A stretch of DNA of 64,000 bases from assembly GCA_964291675.2 (NCBI GenBank), contig OZ219866.1:384001-448000 (forward strand), read 5' to 3'. Positions 30,080-40,021 of this stretch are shown piece by piece. The notes under the pieces were generated by a model. That model ran no database searches and was not told the DNA's origin. It was given only the letters and a program-made list of their open reading frames with translations. A program made the position numbers and the translations under genes. Origin of the DNA: Alphaproteobacteria bacterium (GTDB lineage Bacteria > Pseudomonadota > Alphaproteobacteria > MPNO01). Position 1 is the first letter of the stretch. Each line of letters begins with the position of its first letter.

Positions 30080-30083
30080 CGGC

Positions 30084-30617
30084 TCAGGCGCTTTTCAGAT
30101 GGGCGTCGCGGCGCTGGAACAGCTCTTCGTCGGCATAGCCCATGGTCTCCGGCCTGCCGCGCCCCAGCATGACCTGGAAATAGACCGGCTCCAGGCTGTC
30201 GTTGACGTATCCGTGCACCACGCCGGGCGGGCAGGCGGCGCATTCCCACGGGCCGAGCCGCTTCTCGATGCGCTCGCCGGTGTTCTCGTCGTCGAAGAAG
30301 ACGGTGAGATGGCCCTGGAGCACGAAGAAGATCTCTTCCACCTCGTGGGTGTGGGCGGCGTTCCCCTGGCCCGGCTCGACATACATGATCGACAGCGTGA
30401 AGCCGCGCGCCGGGATGGCCTCGGTGTCGTGGTGCTTGCCCGACCCGCCGGGGCCGATGAAGCGGTGCTGGGCGCGCTTGTAGCCCTCGATCCGGGCGTC
30501 CTCGAAGGCGGCCCAGTCGGGGGTGATGTCCCGGAAGGCGCGGGTGTAGCGTTCGGCGATCTCGTTCAACGGAACGCCCACCAGCTCGGGCGGGCGGTCG
30601 TGCCGGGCAATCGTCAT
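30084..30617 (-). CDS. Cupin domain protein
   Basis: PGQGNAAHTHEVEEIFFVLQG and PPGVVHGYVN cupin motifs. Confidence 0.88.
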   Translation of the reverse strand: MTIARHDRPPELVGVPLNEIAERYTRAFRDITPDWAAFEDARIEGYKRAQHRFIGPGGSGKHHDTEAIPARGFTLSIMYVEPGQGNAAHTHEVEEIFFVLQGHLTVFFDDENTGERIEKRLGPWECAACPPGVVHGYVNDSLEPVYFQVMLGRGRPETMGYADEELFQRRDAHLKSA

Positions 30618-30745
30618 CGGAAGCTCCTCGCAGTCTCGGCGGATGATGGCACCGGGGACGGCGGCGGACAATGCCCGGGCGAGGTTGTACCGGCCGCGGC
30701 CGGTTGATACCGTCATGCCGGGACGGAAACAAAGGAGGCGATATC

Positions 30746-31849
30746 GTGAAGGACGAGAAGATTCGCAAGACCCCGACCCGGCGGTCGTTCCTTGCCAGCA
30801 CCACCGGTCTCGGGCTGATCCTGGCGGCCGGCACGGCGCCCGCGTTCATCCGCGAGGCCGGCGCGTCCAAGATGCGCAAGGTCACGTTCATGCTGCCCTG
30901 GCTGTTCGTGGGCGGCCATTCGTTCGAGTTCGCCGCCCAGAAGATCTACTGGAAGAAGCGCGGCCTCGATGTCGCGATCTCCCGCGGCTACGGCTCGGGC
31001 GCGGCTTGCAAGACGATCTCCGCCGGCAAGGCGATGTTCGGCGAGGCGAGCTACGGCGTGATGGTCAACGGGGTCTCCAAGGGCCTCGACGTCGTGGCCA
31101 TCGGCGCCAAGCTGCAGCGGAGCCCGATCGCGATCTCGTGCCGCAAGGACTCGGGCATCAAGTCCGCCAAGGATCTCGAAGGCATGCGCGTCGTCCAGGC
31201 CGCGGCGTCGGGCGACACGGTGATGTTCCCGGGATTCGCGCGGGCCGCAGGGGTCGACAAGTCCAAGGTCAAGCAGATCATCGTGCATCCGAGCAAGCTG
31301 ATCTCGACGGTGGTCAACAAGCAGGCCGAGTGCACAGGCAGCTACTACGTGTCCAACGCGGCGACGCTGGAGATGAACACCCCGTCGGTCCATTTCCTCT
31401 ATGCCGATTTCGGCCTTCAGACCCTGGATCTCGGGCTGATCACCCGCTCCGACATGATCAAGAACGACCCGGACCTGGTGCAGGCGATGGTCGACGGCGC
31501 GATGGAGGGTCTCAAGCTCCAGATTCTCGACGCCGGCAAGGCGCTCGACACCATGATCGAGGCCAAGCCCGAGCTGAAGACCCGCGACCGCAACCTGTTG
31601 CTGACCCAGGCCGGCAACACCAACGCGCTCTGCCTCGGCCCGGCGGTGAAGGATCACGGGCTCGGCTACATGCTTGCCGACGACCGGAAGCGCACCCGCG
31701 ACGTGGTCATCAAGTACATGGAAGCCAAGAACGTCCCGCCGGTCGAAAAGCTGTTCACCAACAAGTTCGCAGGCAACATCAAGATGTCGGCGAGCGAGTA
31801 CGAGACGGCGGTCAAGATCAACGCCAAGTTCGATCCGGGCAAGGCCTGA
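30746..31849 (+). CDS. ABC transporter substrate-binding protein (NMT1/THI5-like), Tat signal
   Basis: TRRSFL twin-arginine motif, LPW...H, GLDVAISRGYGSG, DLEG; AAAGGAGG RBS, GTG start. Confidence 0.87.
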   Translation: MKDEKIRKTPTRRSFLASTTGLGLILAAGTAPAFIREAGASKMRKVTFMLPWLFVGGHSFEFAAQKIYWKKRGLDVAISRGYGSGAACKTISAGKAMFGEASYGVMVNGVSKGLDVVAIGAKLQRSPIAISCRKDSGIKSAKDLEGMRVVQAAASGDTVMFPGFARAAGVDKSKVKQIIVHPSKLISTVVNKQAECTGSYYVSNAATLEMNTPSVHFLYADFGLQTLDLGLITRSDMIKNDPDLVQAMVDGAMEGLKLQILDAGKALDTMIEAKPELKTRDRNLLLTQAGNTNALCLGPAVKDHGLGYMLADDRKRTRDVVIKYMEAKNVPPVEKLFTNKFAGNIKMSASEYETAVKINAKFDPGKA

Positions 31850-31938
31850 CGGGCGCCCGACCGGCACCTCGACGGATCGGCAGTAGCAACCAGACCGGCC
31901 CCGGCCCGCCTTGACAGGCGGGCCGGGTTAGGGGGCCC

Positions 31939-32703
31939 ATGGCCGAGCATTCAGTCCACGTGCAGATCACCGCGCTGCGCAAGATCTACCAGACCCGCCG
32001 CGAAGAGATCGAAGCCATCCACAACGTCGACATGGCCGTCAACGAGGGCGAGTTCGTGTCGATCCTGGGGCCGAGCGGCTGCGGCAAGTCGACATTGCTG
32101 ATGGCGGTCGGCGGGCTGCTGCCGATCAGCGCGGGGACGATCGAGATCGACCGCGATGCGGTGACCGGGCCGAGGCGCGATACCGGCGTGGTGTTCCAGT
32201 CGCCGGTGCTGATGCCGTGGCGCACCATCGAGAAGAACGTGCTGTTCCCCATCGAGAGCCTCGGGCTCCGGGTCGCCGACTACCGGGACGGGGCCGACGC
32301 GCTCCTGGAGATGACCGGGCTCGACGGCTTCGCCGACAACTTCCCGAGCGAGCTGTCGGGCGGGATGCAGCAGCGTGTGGCGATCTGCCGCGCGCTGATC
32401 CACAACCCGAGCCTGTTGCTGATGGACGAGCCGTTCAGCGCGCTGGATGCGATCACCCGCGACGCCATGAACCAGGAGCTGCTGAGGATCTGGCAGGAGT
32501 TCCAGAAGACGGTGCTGTTCGTCACCCATTCGATCCGCGAGGCGGTGTTCCTGTCCGACCGCGTGTTCGTGATGTCGCCGCGCCCCGCCGTGATCAGCCA
32601 GATCGTCGACATCGACCTGCCGCGCCCGCGCAGGCTGGAGATCGAGGAGACGCCCGAGTTCAACGTCTATGTCGCCGAGCTGCGCAAGGCGATCGAGGGA
32701 TAG
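31939..32703 (+). CDS. ABC transporter ATP-binding protein (SsuB/TauB-like)
   Basis: GPSGCGKST, LSGGMQQR, LLMDEPFSALD, VTH. Confidence 0.95.
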   Translation: MAEHSVHVQITALRKIYQTRREEIEAIHNVDMAVNEGEFVSILGPSGCGKSTLLMAVGGLLPISAGTIEIDRDAVTGPRRDTGVVFQSPVLMPWRTIEKNVLFPIESLGLRVADYRDGADALLEMTGLDGFADNFPSELSGGMQQRVAICRALIHNPSLLLMDEPFSALDAITRDAMNQELLRIWQEFQKTVLFVTHSIREAVFLSDRVFVMSPRPAVISQIVDIDLPRPRRLEIEETPEFNVYVAELRKAIEG

Positions 32704-32706
32704 GCC

Positions 32707-33504
32707 ATGGAAAGAGCGGACGAGAACGGCGTCGCGGCCAAGATCACCGCCCAGGCGGTCAACCTCTTCCCCGCCACGGTCATTTCCATCGCCATCCTGA
32801 TCGTCTGGCAGGTGGTCGTGGTCGTGCTGAAGATCCCCGAGGCGATCCTGCCGACGCCGACCCGCATCTTCGACGTCATGGTCGAGCGCTACGACCTCCT
32901 GCTGACTCACACCTGGCCGACCGCCGTGCAATGCATCTACGGGTTCCTGCTCGCGGTCGCGGTCGGTGTCGGGCTCGGCATCATGCTCGCCTTCTCGCGG
33001 CTCTTCCGCACCGGGGTCTACCCGCTGGTGATCGCCTTCCAGGTGGTGCCCAAGGTGGCGCTCGCGCCGCTGTTCATCGTCTGGTTCGGGCTCGGCATGA
33101 CGTCGCGGGTCCTCCTCGCCTTCGTCATCGCCTTCTTCCCGATGGTGGTCAACACCTTCGCCGGCATCCAGAGCACCGACCCGGTGATGATCCGCATGGC
33201 GCGCTCGTTCAGCGCGAGCCGCTGGACCATCTTCTCCAAGATCGAGTTCCCGACGGCGCTGCCCTACATCTTCTCCGGGCTCAAGATCGGCATCACCTTC
33301 GCGGTGATCGGCATCATCGTCGCCGAGTTCGTCACCGCGCAGGAAGGGCTCGGCTACCTGATCGTGTTCTCGGAAGGCAATGTGGATACGCCGATGCTGA
33401 TGGCGGCGATCTTCGTCCTGAGCGTCGTCGGCGTGATCCTGTATGCGCTGATCGTGCTGCTGGAGAAGCTGGTGATCCGCTGGGACGTGGGCCAGAAGCT
33501 GTAA
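32707..33504 (+). CDS. ABC transporter permease (SsuC/TauC-like)
   Basis: PKVALAPLFIVWFG, FFPMVVNT, PTALPYIFSG, GLGYLI. Confidence 0.93.
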   Translation: MERADENGVAAKITAQAVNLFPATVISIAILIVWQVVVVVLKIPEAILPTPTRIFDVMVERYDLLLTHTWPTAVQCIYGFLLAVAVGVGLGIMLAFSRLFRTGVYPLVIAFQVVPKVALAPLFIVWFGLGMTSRVLLAFVIAFFPMVVNTFAGIQSTDPVMIRMARSFSASRWTIFSKIEFPTALPYIFSGLKIGITFAVIGIIVAEFVTAQEGLGYLIVFSEGNVDTPMLMAAIFVLSVVGVILYALIVLLEKLVIRWDVGQKL

Positions 33505-33517
33505 GGGAAAAGTCCGC

Positions 33518-34390
33518 TTGAAACCGCCGCGCTTCGACTACCGCGCGCCCGAGAGCCTCGACGAAGCCCTCGACCTGCTGGCCGATTCAGGGCCGGACGC
33601 CAGGATTCTCGCCGGCGGCCAGAGCCTGGTGCCGGTGCTCAACTTCCGCCTCGCCCGGCCGCGCCTGCTGATCGACATCAACCGGGTGCCGGGGATCGCG
33701 GGGATCGAGGATGCGGGCGACCGGCTGATCCTGGGCGCGATGACCCGCCAGCGGGAGATCGAGGTCTCCGCGACCGTCGCGCGGGCGGCGCCGCTGCTGC
33801 ACGAGGCGACCCGCCATGTCGCCCATCTCCCCATCCGCACCCGCGGCACCATCGGCGGCAGCATCGCCAACGCCGACCCGGCGGCGGAAGACCCCGCGGT
33901 CGCCGCCGCGCTGGAGGCGACGATGGTCTGCCGGTCGCGCCGCGGCGAGCGCCGGATCGCCGCCGCCGGGTTCTTCGTCGACGTGCTGACCACGGCGCTG
34001 GAGCCGGACGAGATGCTCATCGCCGTCGAGCTCCCCAAGATCCCCGCCGGCGCGGGCGCGGCCTTCGCCGAGATCAGCCGCCGCGACGGCGATTTCGCGC
34101 TCGCCGGCGTCGCCGCGCAGATCGCGCTCTCGGACGGCCGGGTGAGCGATGCGCGGATTTCCGCCTGCGGCATCGGTCCGGCGCCGGTCCGGTTCCGCGA
34201 GGCCGAGGAGATCCTGCTCGACGGCGCCTGCGAGATGGCGGCGATCGAGGCGGCCGCCAGGGCCGTCGCCGCCGCCTGCGACCCGCACGGCGACGTGCAT
34301 GCGAGCGCGGCCTATCGCCGCCAGCTCGCCGAAGCGATGGCCCGGCGCGCGCTGCAGACCGCGCGGGCCCGGGCGGGAGAGAGCGCATGA
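33518..34390 (+). CDS. Mo-hydroxylase FAD-binding medium subunit (CoxM/CutM family)
   Basis: MKPPRFDYRAP, AGGQSL, RGTIGGS...ADPAAE, DVHASAAYR; TTG start. Confidence 0.93.
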   Translation: MKPPRFDYRAPESLDEALDLLADSGPDARILAGGQSLVPVLNFRLARPRLLIDINRVPGIAGIEDAGDRLILGAMTRQREIEVSATVARAAPLLHEATRHVAHLPIRTRGTIGGSIANADPAAEDPAVAAALEATMVCRSRRGERRIAAAGFFVDVLTTALEPDEMLIAVELPKIPAGAGAAFAEISRRDGDFALAGVAAQIALSDGRVSDARISACGIGPAPVRFREAEEILLDGACEMAAIEAAARAVAAACDPHGDVHASAAYRRQLAEAMARRALQTARARAGESA

Positions 34391-34863
34391 GCGACGCACG
34401 ACGCGTGACCGTCACGGTCAACGGCGAGAGCCGGACCGGCGAGGCCGAGCCCCGCCTGCTGCTGAGCGACTTCCTGCGCGAGACGCTGGGGCTGACCGGT
34501 ACCCATGTCGGCTGCGAGCACGGCATCTGCGGCGCCTGCACGGTGCAGGTGAACGGCGAGGCGGCGCGCTCCTGCCTGATGTTCGCGGTCCAGGCGGACG
34601 GCGCCGAGATCGCCACCATCGAGGGGCTGGCGGATGGCGAGACCCTGCACCCCCTGCAGCGGCTGTTCTCCAAGCACCGCGCGCTGCAATGCGGGTTCTG
34701 CACGCCGGGCATGCTGATGACCGCGCTCGACCTGGTCCGCCACCGCCCCGACATGACCGAGGCGGAGATCCGCTCGGGCATGGCGGCCGTGCTCTGCCGC
34801 TGCACCGGCTACGAGGGCATCGTGCATGCGGTGGCCGAATATGCCAGCGGGGTCGAGACATGA
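34387..34863 (+). CDS. Mo-hydroxylase 2Fe-2S small subunit (CoxS family)
   Basis: GCEHGICGACT, QCGFCTPG, LCRCTGY. Confidence 0.95.
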   Translation: MSDARRVTVTVNGESRTGEAEPRLLLSDFLRETLGLTGTHVGCEHGICGACTVQVNGEAARSCLMFAVQADGAEIATIEGLADGETLHPLQRLFSKHRALQCGFCTPGMLMTALDLVRHRPDMTEAEIRSGMAAVLCRCTGYEGIVHAVAEYASGVET

Positions 34864-37217
34864 GCGCGACCTCTCCGGCCGGCTATATCGGGCGCTCGGT
34901 CCCGCGCCGCGAGGACCGGCGGCTGCTGCTGGGCCAGGGCGCCTATGTCGCCGATCTGGTGCTGCCGGGGATGGTGCATGCGGCGTTCGCGCGGAGCCAG
35001 CTCGCGCATGCCCGCATCGCCTCCATCGACCTCGCCCCGGCCGCTGCCGAGCCGGGGGCGGCGTTTGCGATGAGCGGCGCCGAGCTCGCGCGCGAGATGC
35101 CGCCGATCGGCGGCATGCAGGTCACCGCGCCCAAGGGCTGGGCGGAGCGGGTCGAGCACAGCATCGACCTGCCGCCGCAGAACCTGATGGCGAGCGACCG
35201 GGTGCGCTATGTCGGCGAGGCCTTCGCCGTGGTCTGCGCCGACAGCCGCTATGCCGCCGAGGACGCGATCGAGGCGATCGACGTCGAGTTCGAGCCCCTG
35301 CCCGCGGTGGTCGACCCGGAGAGGGCGAAGGAGGGCGAGATCCTCCACCCCGATATCGGCGGCAACGCGGTCGCCGCGCTGCATGTCGAGAAGGGCGACG
35401 TGGCGCGCGCGATGGAATCCGCGCCGCACCGCATCCGGCGCCGCTTCCGCCACCACCGCTATGCCGCCATGCCGCTCGAATGCCGCGGCGTCGCCGCCGA
35501 GTACGACCGGCGGACCGACTCGCTCACCGTCTGGTCGTCGACCCAGGTGGTCCACTGGGTCAGGAAGGAGCTCGCCCATGCGCTCGGCATGGCAGAGGAG
35601 AAGATCCGCGTGCTGGCGCCGGATGTCGGCGGCGGGTTCGGCGGCAAGGGGCATGTCTACCCGGAGGACCTGATCATCCCCTTCCTCGCCCGGCGGATCG
35701 GCAGGCCGGTGCGCTGGGTCGAGGACCGGCACGAGCACATCCTCAACGCGGCGCATTCGCGCGACAACGTCCACGAGGCCGAGATCGGCTTCGACGACGA
35801 GGGCCGCATCCTCGCCTTCCGCGACCGCTTCGTCGTCGATTCGGGCGCCTATTCCCCGGTCGGCGCCGGGGTCGCCTACAACACCACGGCGCATCTGCTG
35901 GGCCCCTACGACATCGAGAATTTCTCCGGCACCACCGAGATGGTGGTCACCAACAAGACGCCCAACGCGCCCTATCGCGGCGCCGGGCGGCCGGAGGCGA
36001 CGCAGGTAACCGAACGGCTGATGGACATCGTCGCCGGCGCGCTCGGGCTGGAGCCCGCCCGGGTGCGGCTGCGCAACATGATCGGCCCGGAACGGATGCC
36101 GTATGCGGTCGGGCTGCCCTACCGCGACGGCGTCGAGATGGTCTACGACAGCGGCGACTACCCGGCCTCGCTCAACCGCGCGATCGACGAGATCGGCGGG
36201 ATCGAGGCGTTCCGCGCCCGCCAGATCGAGGCCCGCGCGGAGGGACGCTGGCTCGGGCTCGGCCTCGGCTGCTACACCGAGGGCACCGGCGTCGGCCCGT
36301 TCGAGGGCGCGACGGTGAAGGTCGACGCCTCGGGCAAGATCGTGGTGGCGACCGGCGCCTGCCCGATCGGCCAGGGGCACGAGACGGTATTCGCCCAGGT
36401 GACGGCGGATGCCTGGAAGGTGCCGATCGAGGACGTGGTGGTGCTGCTCGCCGACACCTCGACGCTGACCATGGGCTACGGCTCGATCGCCAGCCGGTCG
36501 ACGGTCACCTCGTCGATGGCGATCGGCGATGCGAGCGACAAGGTGAAGGCGAAGGTGCTCGGCGTCGCCGCCCATCTGCTGGAGGCGAGCGAGGCCGATC
36601 TCGAGCTCGGGGACGGCAGGGTCGCGGTCAAGGGCGTGTCGGAAATGTCGGTCACGCTCCGCGAGATCGCCGCCGCGGCGGCGCCCGGCTGGCTGTCGCG
36701 CCGCCCGCAAGGCAGCGAGGCCGGGCTGGAAGCGACCTCCTATTACGAGCCGCCCACCGTCACCTGGGCCTATGCGTCGAACGCCGCCATTGTCGAGATC
36801 GAGCCCGATACCGGTCGGGTGCGGATCGAGCGCTATGTCGAGGTGCACGACGCCGGCCGGCTGGTCAATCCCGGGCTCGCCGACGGCCAGGTCAAGGGCG
36901 GGCTGGTGCAGGGGCTCGGCGGCGCGCTGTATGAGTCGATCGAATACGACGAGCAGGGCCAGCTATTGACCGGGAGCTTCGCCGACTACCTGCTGCCGAC
37001 CGCCGCCGAGACGCCGCCGATCGAGGTGGTCCACATGGAGACGCCGACCCCGCTGAATGCGCTCGGCGTCAAGGGGCTCGGCGAAGGCGGCGCGATCGCG
37101 CCCCCGGTGGTGATCGCCAACGCGGTGAGCGACGCGCTGAAACCCTTCGGCGTGGAGTTCAACACCCTGCCGATCCGCTGGCAGGACGTGCGCGCCGCGT
37201 TCGACGCGGCGGGGTAG
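34860..37217 (+). CDS. Mo-hydroxylase large subunit (CoxL form-II-like/xanthine dehydrogenase family), intact
   Basis: RREDRRLL, DVGGGFGGK, PYRGAGRPE, GSIASRS, GVKGLGEGG; ATGA overlap with the small subunit. Confidence 0.93.
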   Translation: MSATSPAGYIGRSVPRREDRRLLLGQGAYVADLVLPGMVHAAFARSQLAHARIASIDLAPAAAEPGAAFAMSGAELAREMPPIGGMQVTAPKGWAERVEHSIDLPPQNLMASDRVRYVGEAFAVVCADSRYAAEDAIEAIDVEFEPLPAVVDPERAKEGEILHPDIGGNAVAALHVEKGDVARAMESAPHRIRRRFRHHRYAAMPLECRGVAAEYDRRTDSLTVWSSTQVVHWVRKELAHALGMAEEKIRVLAPDVGGGFGGKGHVYPEDLIIPFLARRIGRPVRWVEDRHEHILNAAHSRDNVHEAEIGFDDEGRILAFRDRFVVDSGAYSPVGAGVAYNTTAHLLGPYDIENFSGTTEMVVTNKTPNAPYRGAGRPEATQVTERLMDIVAGALGLEPARVRLRNMIGPERMPYAVGLPYRDGVEMVYDSGDYPASLNRAIDEIGGIEAFRARQIEARAEGRWLGLGLGCYTEGTGVGPFEGATVKVDASGKIVVATGACPIGQGHETVFAQVTADAWKVPIEDVVVLLADTSTLTMGYGSIASRSTVTSSMAIGDASDKVKAKVLGVAAHLLEASEADLELGDGRVAVKGVSEMSVTLREIAAAAAPGWLSRRPQGSEAGLEATSYYEPPTVTWAYASNAAIVEIEPDTGRVRIERYVEVHDAGRLVNPGLADGQVKGGLVQGLGGALYESIEYDEQGQLLTGSFADYLLPTAAETPPIEVVHMETPTPLNALGVKGLGEGGAIAPPVVIANAVSDALKPFGVEFNTLPIRWQDVRAAFDAAG

Positions 37218-37225
37218 GGCCGCAA

Positions 37226-37262
37226 GGAAAAGGGCCGGCACGCAGCCGCACCGGCCCTTTCC
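37226..37262. terminator. Bidirectional intrinsic terminator candidate
   Basis: GGAAAAGGGCCGG...CCGGCCCTTTCC between convergent genes. Confidence 0.65.
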
Positions 37263-37287
37263 GTCCGCTTGCGCGTGGCGCCGGGCG

Positions 37288-38334
37288 CTACATCTCGTAG
37301 ATCAGCTTGCGCGCGCGGGCGACGACCTCGGGCGAGGCGTCGGTGACGGCCTGCGCGACGGCCTTCTGGATGTCGACGCCGGTGGCCGCCATCAGCCGCA
37401 GCTTGCGCCGCTGCAGGTCGGAGGCGAAGCCCTTGTCGGCGTTCATCTTGTCATAGGCCATCTGCAGGGTCTTGACCGCGTCGTCGGAGGCGTCCGGGTG
37501 CAGGGCGAGCCCGCGCCCGAGGATCCCGGCAACCGCGATGAAGTTGACCACCGCCTTGTCCATCTTGTCCTTGACCAGGTCGCCGAGCATGGGCACGTCG
37601 GCGGGCAGGTCCGGATCGCGGAAGATGCCGACCTGCAGCACCGCCTTGGCGAACTGCTTGCCGTCCTTGTCGGGCTTGAACCACTGCGGCACCTTGGAGC
37701 TCCAGGCCAGCCAGTTGAACGACGCGCAGTTGGTCTCGCCCTGCTCGACCGCGAGGATGCTGCGCGACGAGCCCTTGTAGCCGGTCACCATCTTGATCTT
37801 GAAGCCGAGCAGCGACGAGGCGAGCTTGGGCACGATATAGCCGGTCGAGCTCTTGCCGCTGGTCGAGCAGATCATGCCGGCCTTCTTCATGTCCTCCCAG
37901 CTGTTCACGCCGATATCGGTGCGCGACACCATGACCATGTTGGTCTGGTTGCTGGAGCCGACCCAGCGGAACTGGCGCGCGTCGTAGCGCATCTTCTTGG
38001 GCCGCATGAGCTGGTTCACGACCGAGTTGTCGAGCGGCACGATGAGATGGGCGTTGTCCTTCGGCGCCGCGTTGGCGAACCAGTTCATCGCCTTGGAGCC
38101 GCCGGCTCCCGGCATGTGCTGGACGATGACCGTCGGCTTGCCGGGGATGTGCCTGCCCAAATGGTCGGAGAAGGTCTGGCCGTACTTGTCGTAGGTGCCG
38201 CCCGGCCCGTAGGGGATGATGATCCTGATCGTCTTGCCGTCATACATCTGCGCCGAAGCGCTGCCCGCCGCGATGGCGAGCGCGGCCGCCGCGAGGATCG
38301 CCCCGCGCCCGAACCGCATCCCGGTCTTCGTCAT
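37288..38334 (-). CDS. Tripartite tricarboxylate transporter substrate-binding protein (TctC/Bug-like)
   Basis: Signal peptide, YDGKTIRIIIPYGPGGTYD, HMPGAGG, GYKGS...AVEQGE. Confidence 0.87.
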   Translation of the reverse strand: MTKTGMRFGRGAILAAAALAIAAGSASAQMYDGKTIRIIIPYGPGGTYDKYGQTFSDHLGRHIPGKPTVIVQHMPGAGGSKAMNWFANAAPKDNAHLIVPLDNSVVNQLMRPKKMRYDARQFRWVGSSNQTNMVMVSRTDIGVNSWEDMKKAGMICSTSGKSSTGYIVPKLASSLLGFKIKMVTGYKGSSRSILAVEQGETNCASFNWLAWSSKVPQWFKPDKDGKQFAKAVLQVGIFRDPDLPADVPMLGDLVKDKMDKAVVNFIAVAGILGRGLALHPDASDDAVKTLQMAYDKMNADKGFASDLQRRKLRLMAATGVDIQKAVAQAVTDASPEVVARARKLIYEM

Positions 38335-38455
38335 GTCGTGCGTCTCCCGATTGCCGTACCGGACGCCCAACGGCGGGCGCCGCTGCCACAAACTCGCATC
38401 GCGGCGCAGATTCCGCAACCCGCGATTGCCCTCCGGCGGCGCTGCGCAGCGCCGG

Positions 38456-39025
38456 TCAATCGAGCGCGTAGGGCACCTGCCTGGGGCCGAAGCGCTGGAG
38501 CCGGTCGCCGGTCTCCAGGTCGTACCAGGTCTGCGGGTTCGTCCCGACATTGGCGCTGCGCAGGATGATGCCGACGGTGCGCTTGGGGCCGTTGTACTCG
38601 GCGTGGATCTCGCCCGGCGGCACGAAGTCGATATAGCCCGGCGAGACCTCGTGGTCGCCGACCATTTCGAGGTCGTCCGCGCCCCCGGCCCGCCGGTAGC
38701 GGTGCACCGTCTCGCCGCCCTCGAGCACGCCGTAGACGGTCCACACCCTGCCGTGGTCGTGCACCGGCGTCGCCTCGCCCGGCTCCTTGATCAGCGCGTT
38801 GAGGACGAAGCCGTAATCGGGGTCCTCGTAGAACAGCAGGTTCTCGTAATGCCCCTTCGCCGGGTCGTTGCGCGACGGCCAGGAAGCGGCGCGCCGTTTG
38901 AGCTCCGGGTCCGCCAGCAGGTCCCCGAGATAGGGCCGCGCCTTCTCGAAGCGCTCCGCCTCGTCCCCGGTGGCGGCGCAGAGCGCGCGCATGCGCTCGA
39001 TGAAGTCCTGCATCGCCGGCAGCAT
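38456..39025 (-). CDS. Cysteine/thiol dioxygenase-like cupin
   Basis: LLFYEDPDYGF, TPVHDHGRVWTVYGVLEGGE, PGEIH (3-His site). Confidence 0.75.
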   Translation of the reverse strand: MLPAMQDFIERMRALCAATGDEAERFEKARPYLGDLLADPELKRRAASWPSRNDPAKGHYENLLFYEDPDYGFVLNALIKEPGEATPVHDHGRVWTVYGVLEGGETVHRYRRAGGADDLEMVGDHEVSPGYIDFVPPGEIHAEYNGPKRTVGIILRSANVGTNPQTWYDLETGDRLQRFGPRQVPYALD

Positions 39026-39103
39026 CGCGCTCTCCTCCCCTGGACCGGTGCGATCCTCGCACAACCGATGGATGGCGGAAAGCCCGCGCTCCCACCTTGT
39101 GGC

Positions 39104-39158
39104 ATGGATGGCCGGAACCGGCCCCGGACTGCGATCCGGGGCAAGTCCGGCCATGACG
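39104..39158. repeat. Second palindromic repeat family (TGGATGGCCGG...CCGGCCATGACG) with nested inner hairpin
   Basis: ATGGCCGGA/TCCGGCCAT stem enclosing CCCCGGA-CTGCGA-TCCGGGG; related sequences at 42650, 54058, 55805. Confidence 0.7.
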
Positions 39159-39210
39159 CGGGGGGGCAAATGCGGCAGTCTGTCGGCGGTTGGACAGGGC
39201 GGAGGACCGG

Positions 39211-39999
39211 ATGGACATCGTCGTCGACAGAAGCGCGACCTATGACAGCCTGAGGGACCGCGTGGTGATCGTCACCGGGGCGGGCCAGGGGATCGGGCGC
39301 GGCCTCGCGCATCACTTCGCGGCCCAGGGGGCGGTGCCGGTGATCGCCGACATCGACGGCGGCAATGCCGCGCGCGTGCAGGCGGAGATCGAGGACGGCG
39401 GCGGCCGCGCGCTCGGCATGGAGACCGACGTGGCGAGCGAGGCGGCGGCGCGGGCGATGGCCGGGGCGGCGCTCGCCGCGTTCGGGCGGATCGACGTGCT
39501 GATCAACAACGCGGCCGTGTTCTCGCGCATCACCATGGCGCCGTTCTGGGAGCTGCCGGTGGACGAGTGGAAGCGGGCGATGGACGTGAACATCACCGGC
39601 GCCTTCTTCTGCGCCCGCGCCGTGGTGCCGGCGATGCAGGAGGCCGGCTGGGGGCGGATCGTCAACGTCACCTCGGGCACGGTGAAGTCGGGCCCGCCCA
39701 ACTACCTGCACTACGTCACGTCGAAATCCGCCGTCATCGGCATGACCCGGTCGATGGCGCGCGAGCTTGGCGCCTGGAACATCACCGTCAACACGTTCTG
39801 GCCCGGCGTGACCGATACCGGCATCCCGAGGCCCTCGGTGCCGGCCGAGATGTTCGAGAAATTCGTCGAGATGCAGGTCATCAAGCGTTCCACGCGGATC
39901 GAGGACATGGCCAGGCCGATGCTGTTCCTCTGCTCCGACGAGGCCTCCTATATCACCGGGCAGATCCTGGAGGCCGATGGCGGGCTCAATTTCGGGTAG
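39211..39999 (+). CDS. Short-chain dehydrogenase/reductase
   Basis: [19 protein letters not shown] (YxxxK); GGAGG RBS. Confidence 0.92.
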   Translation: MDIVVDRSATYDSLRDRVVIVTGAGQGIGRGLAHHFAAQGAVPVIADIDGGNAARVQAEIEDGGGRALGMETDVASEAAARAMAGAALAAFGRIDVLINNAAVFSRITMAPFWELPVDEWKRAMDVNITGAFFCARAVVPAMQEAGWGRIVNVTSGTVKSGPPNYLHYVTSKSAVIGMTRSMARELGAWNITVNTFWPGVTDTGIPRPSVPAEMFEKFVEMQVIKRSTRIEDMARPMLFLCSDEASYITGQILEADGGLNFG

Positions 40000-40021
40000 G
40001 GCCGACGACGCGGAGGACGAG

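Noticed and set aside
33518-37217. Aerobic CO dehydrogenase (form I) call
   Set aside because: The active-site loop is PYRGAGR, not AYxCSFR, and no coxDEFG accessory genes are present
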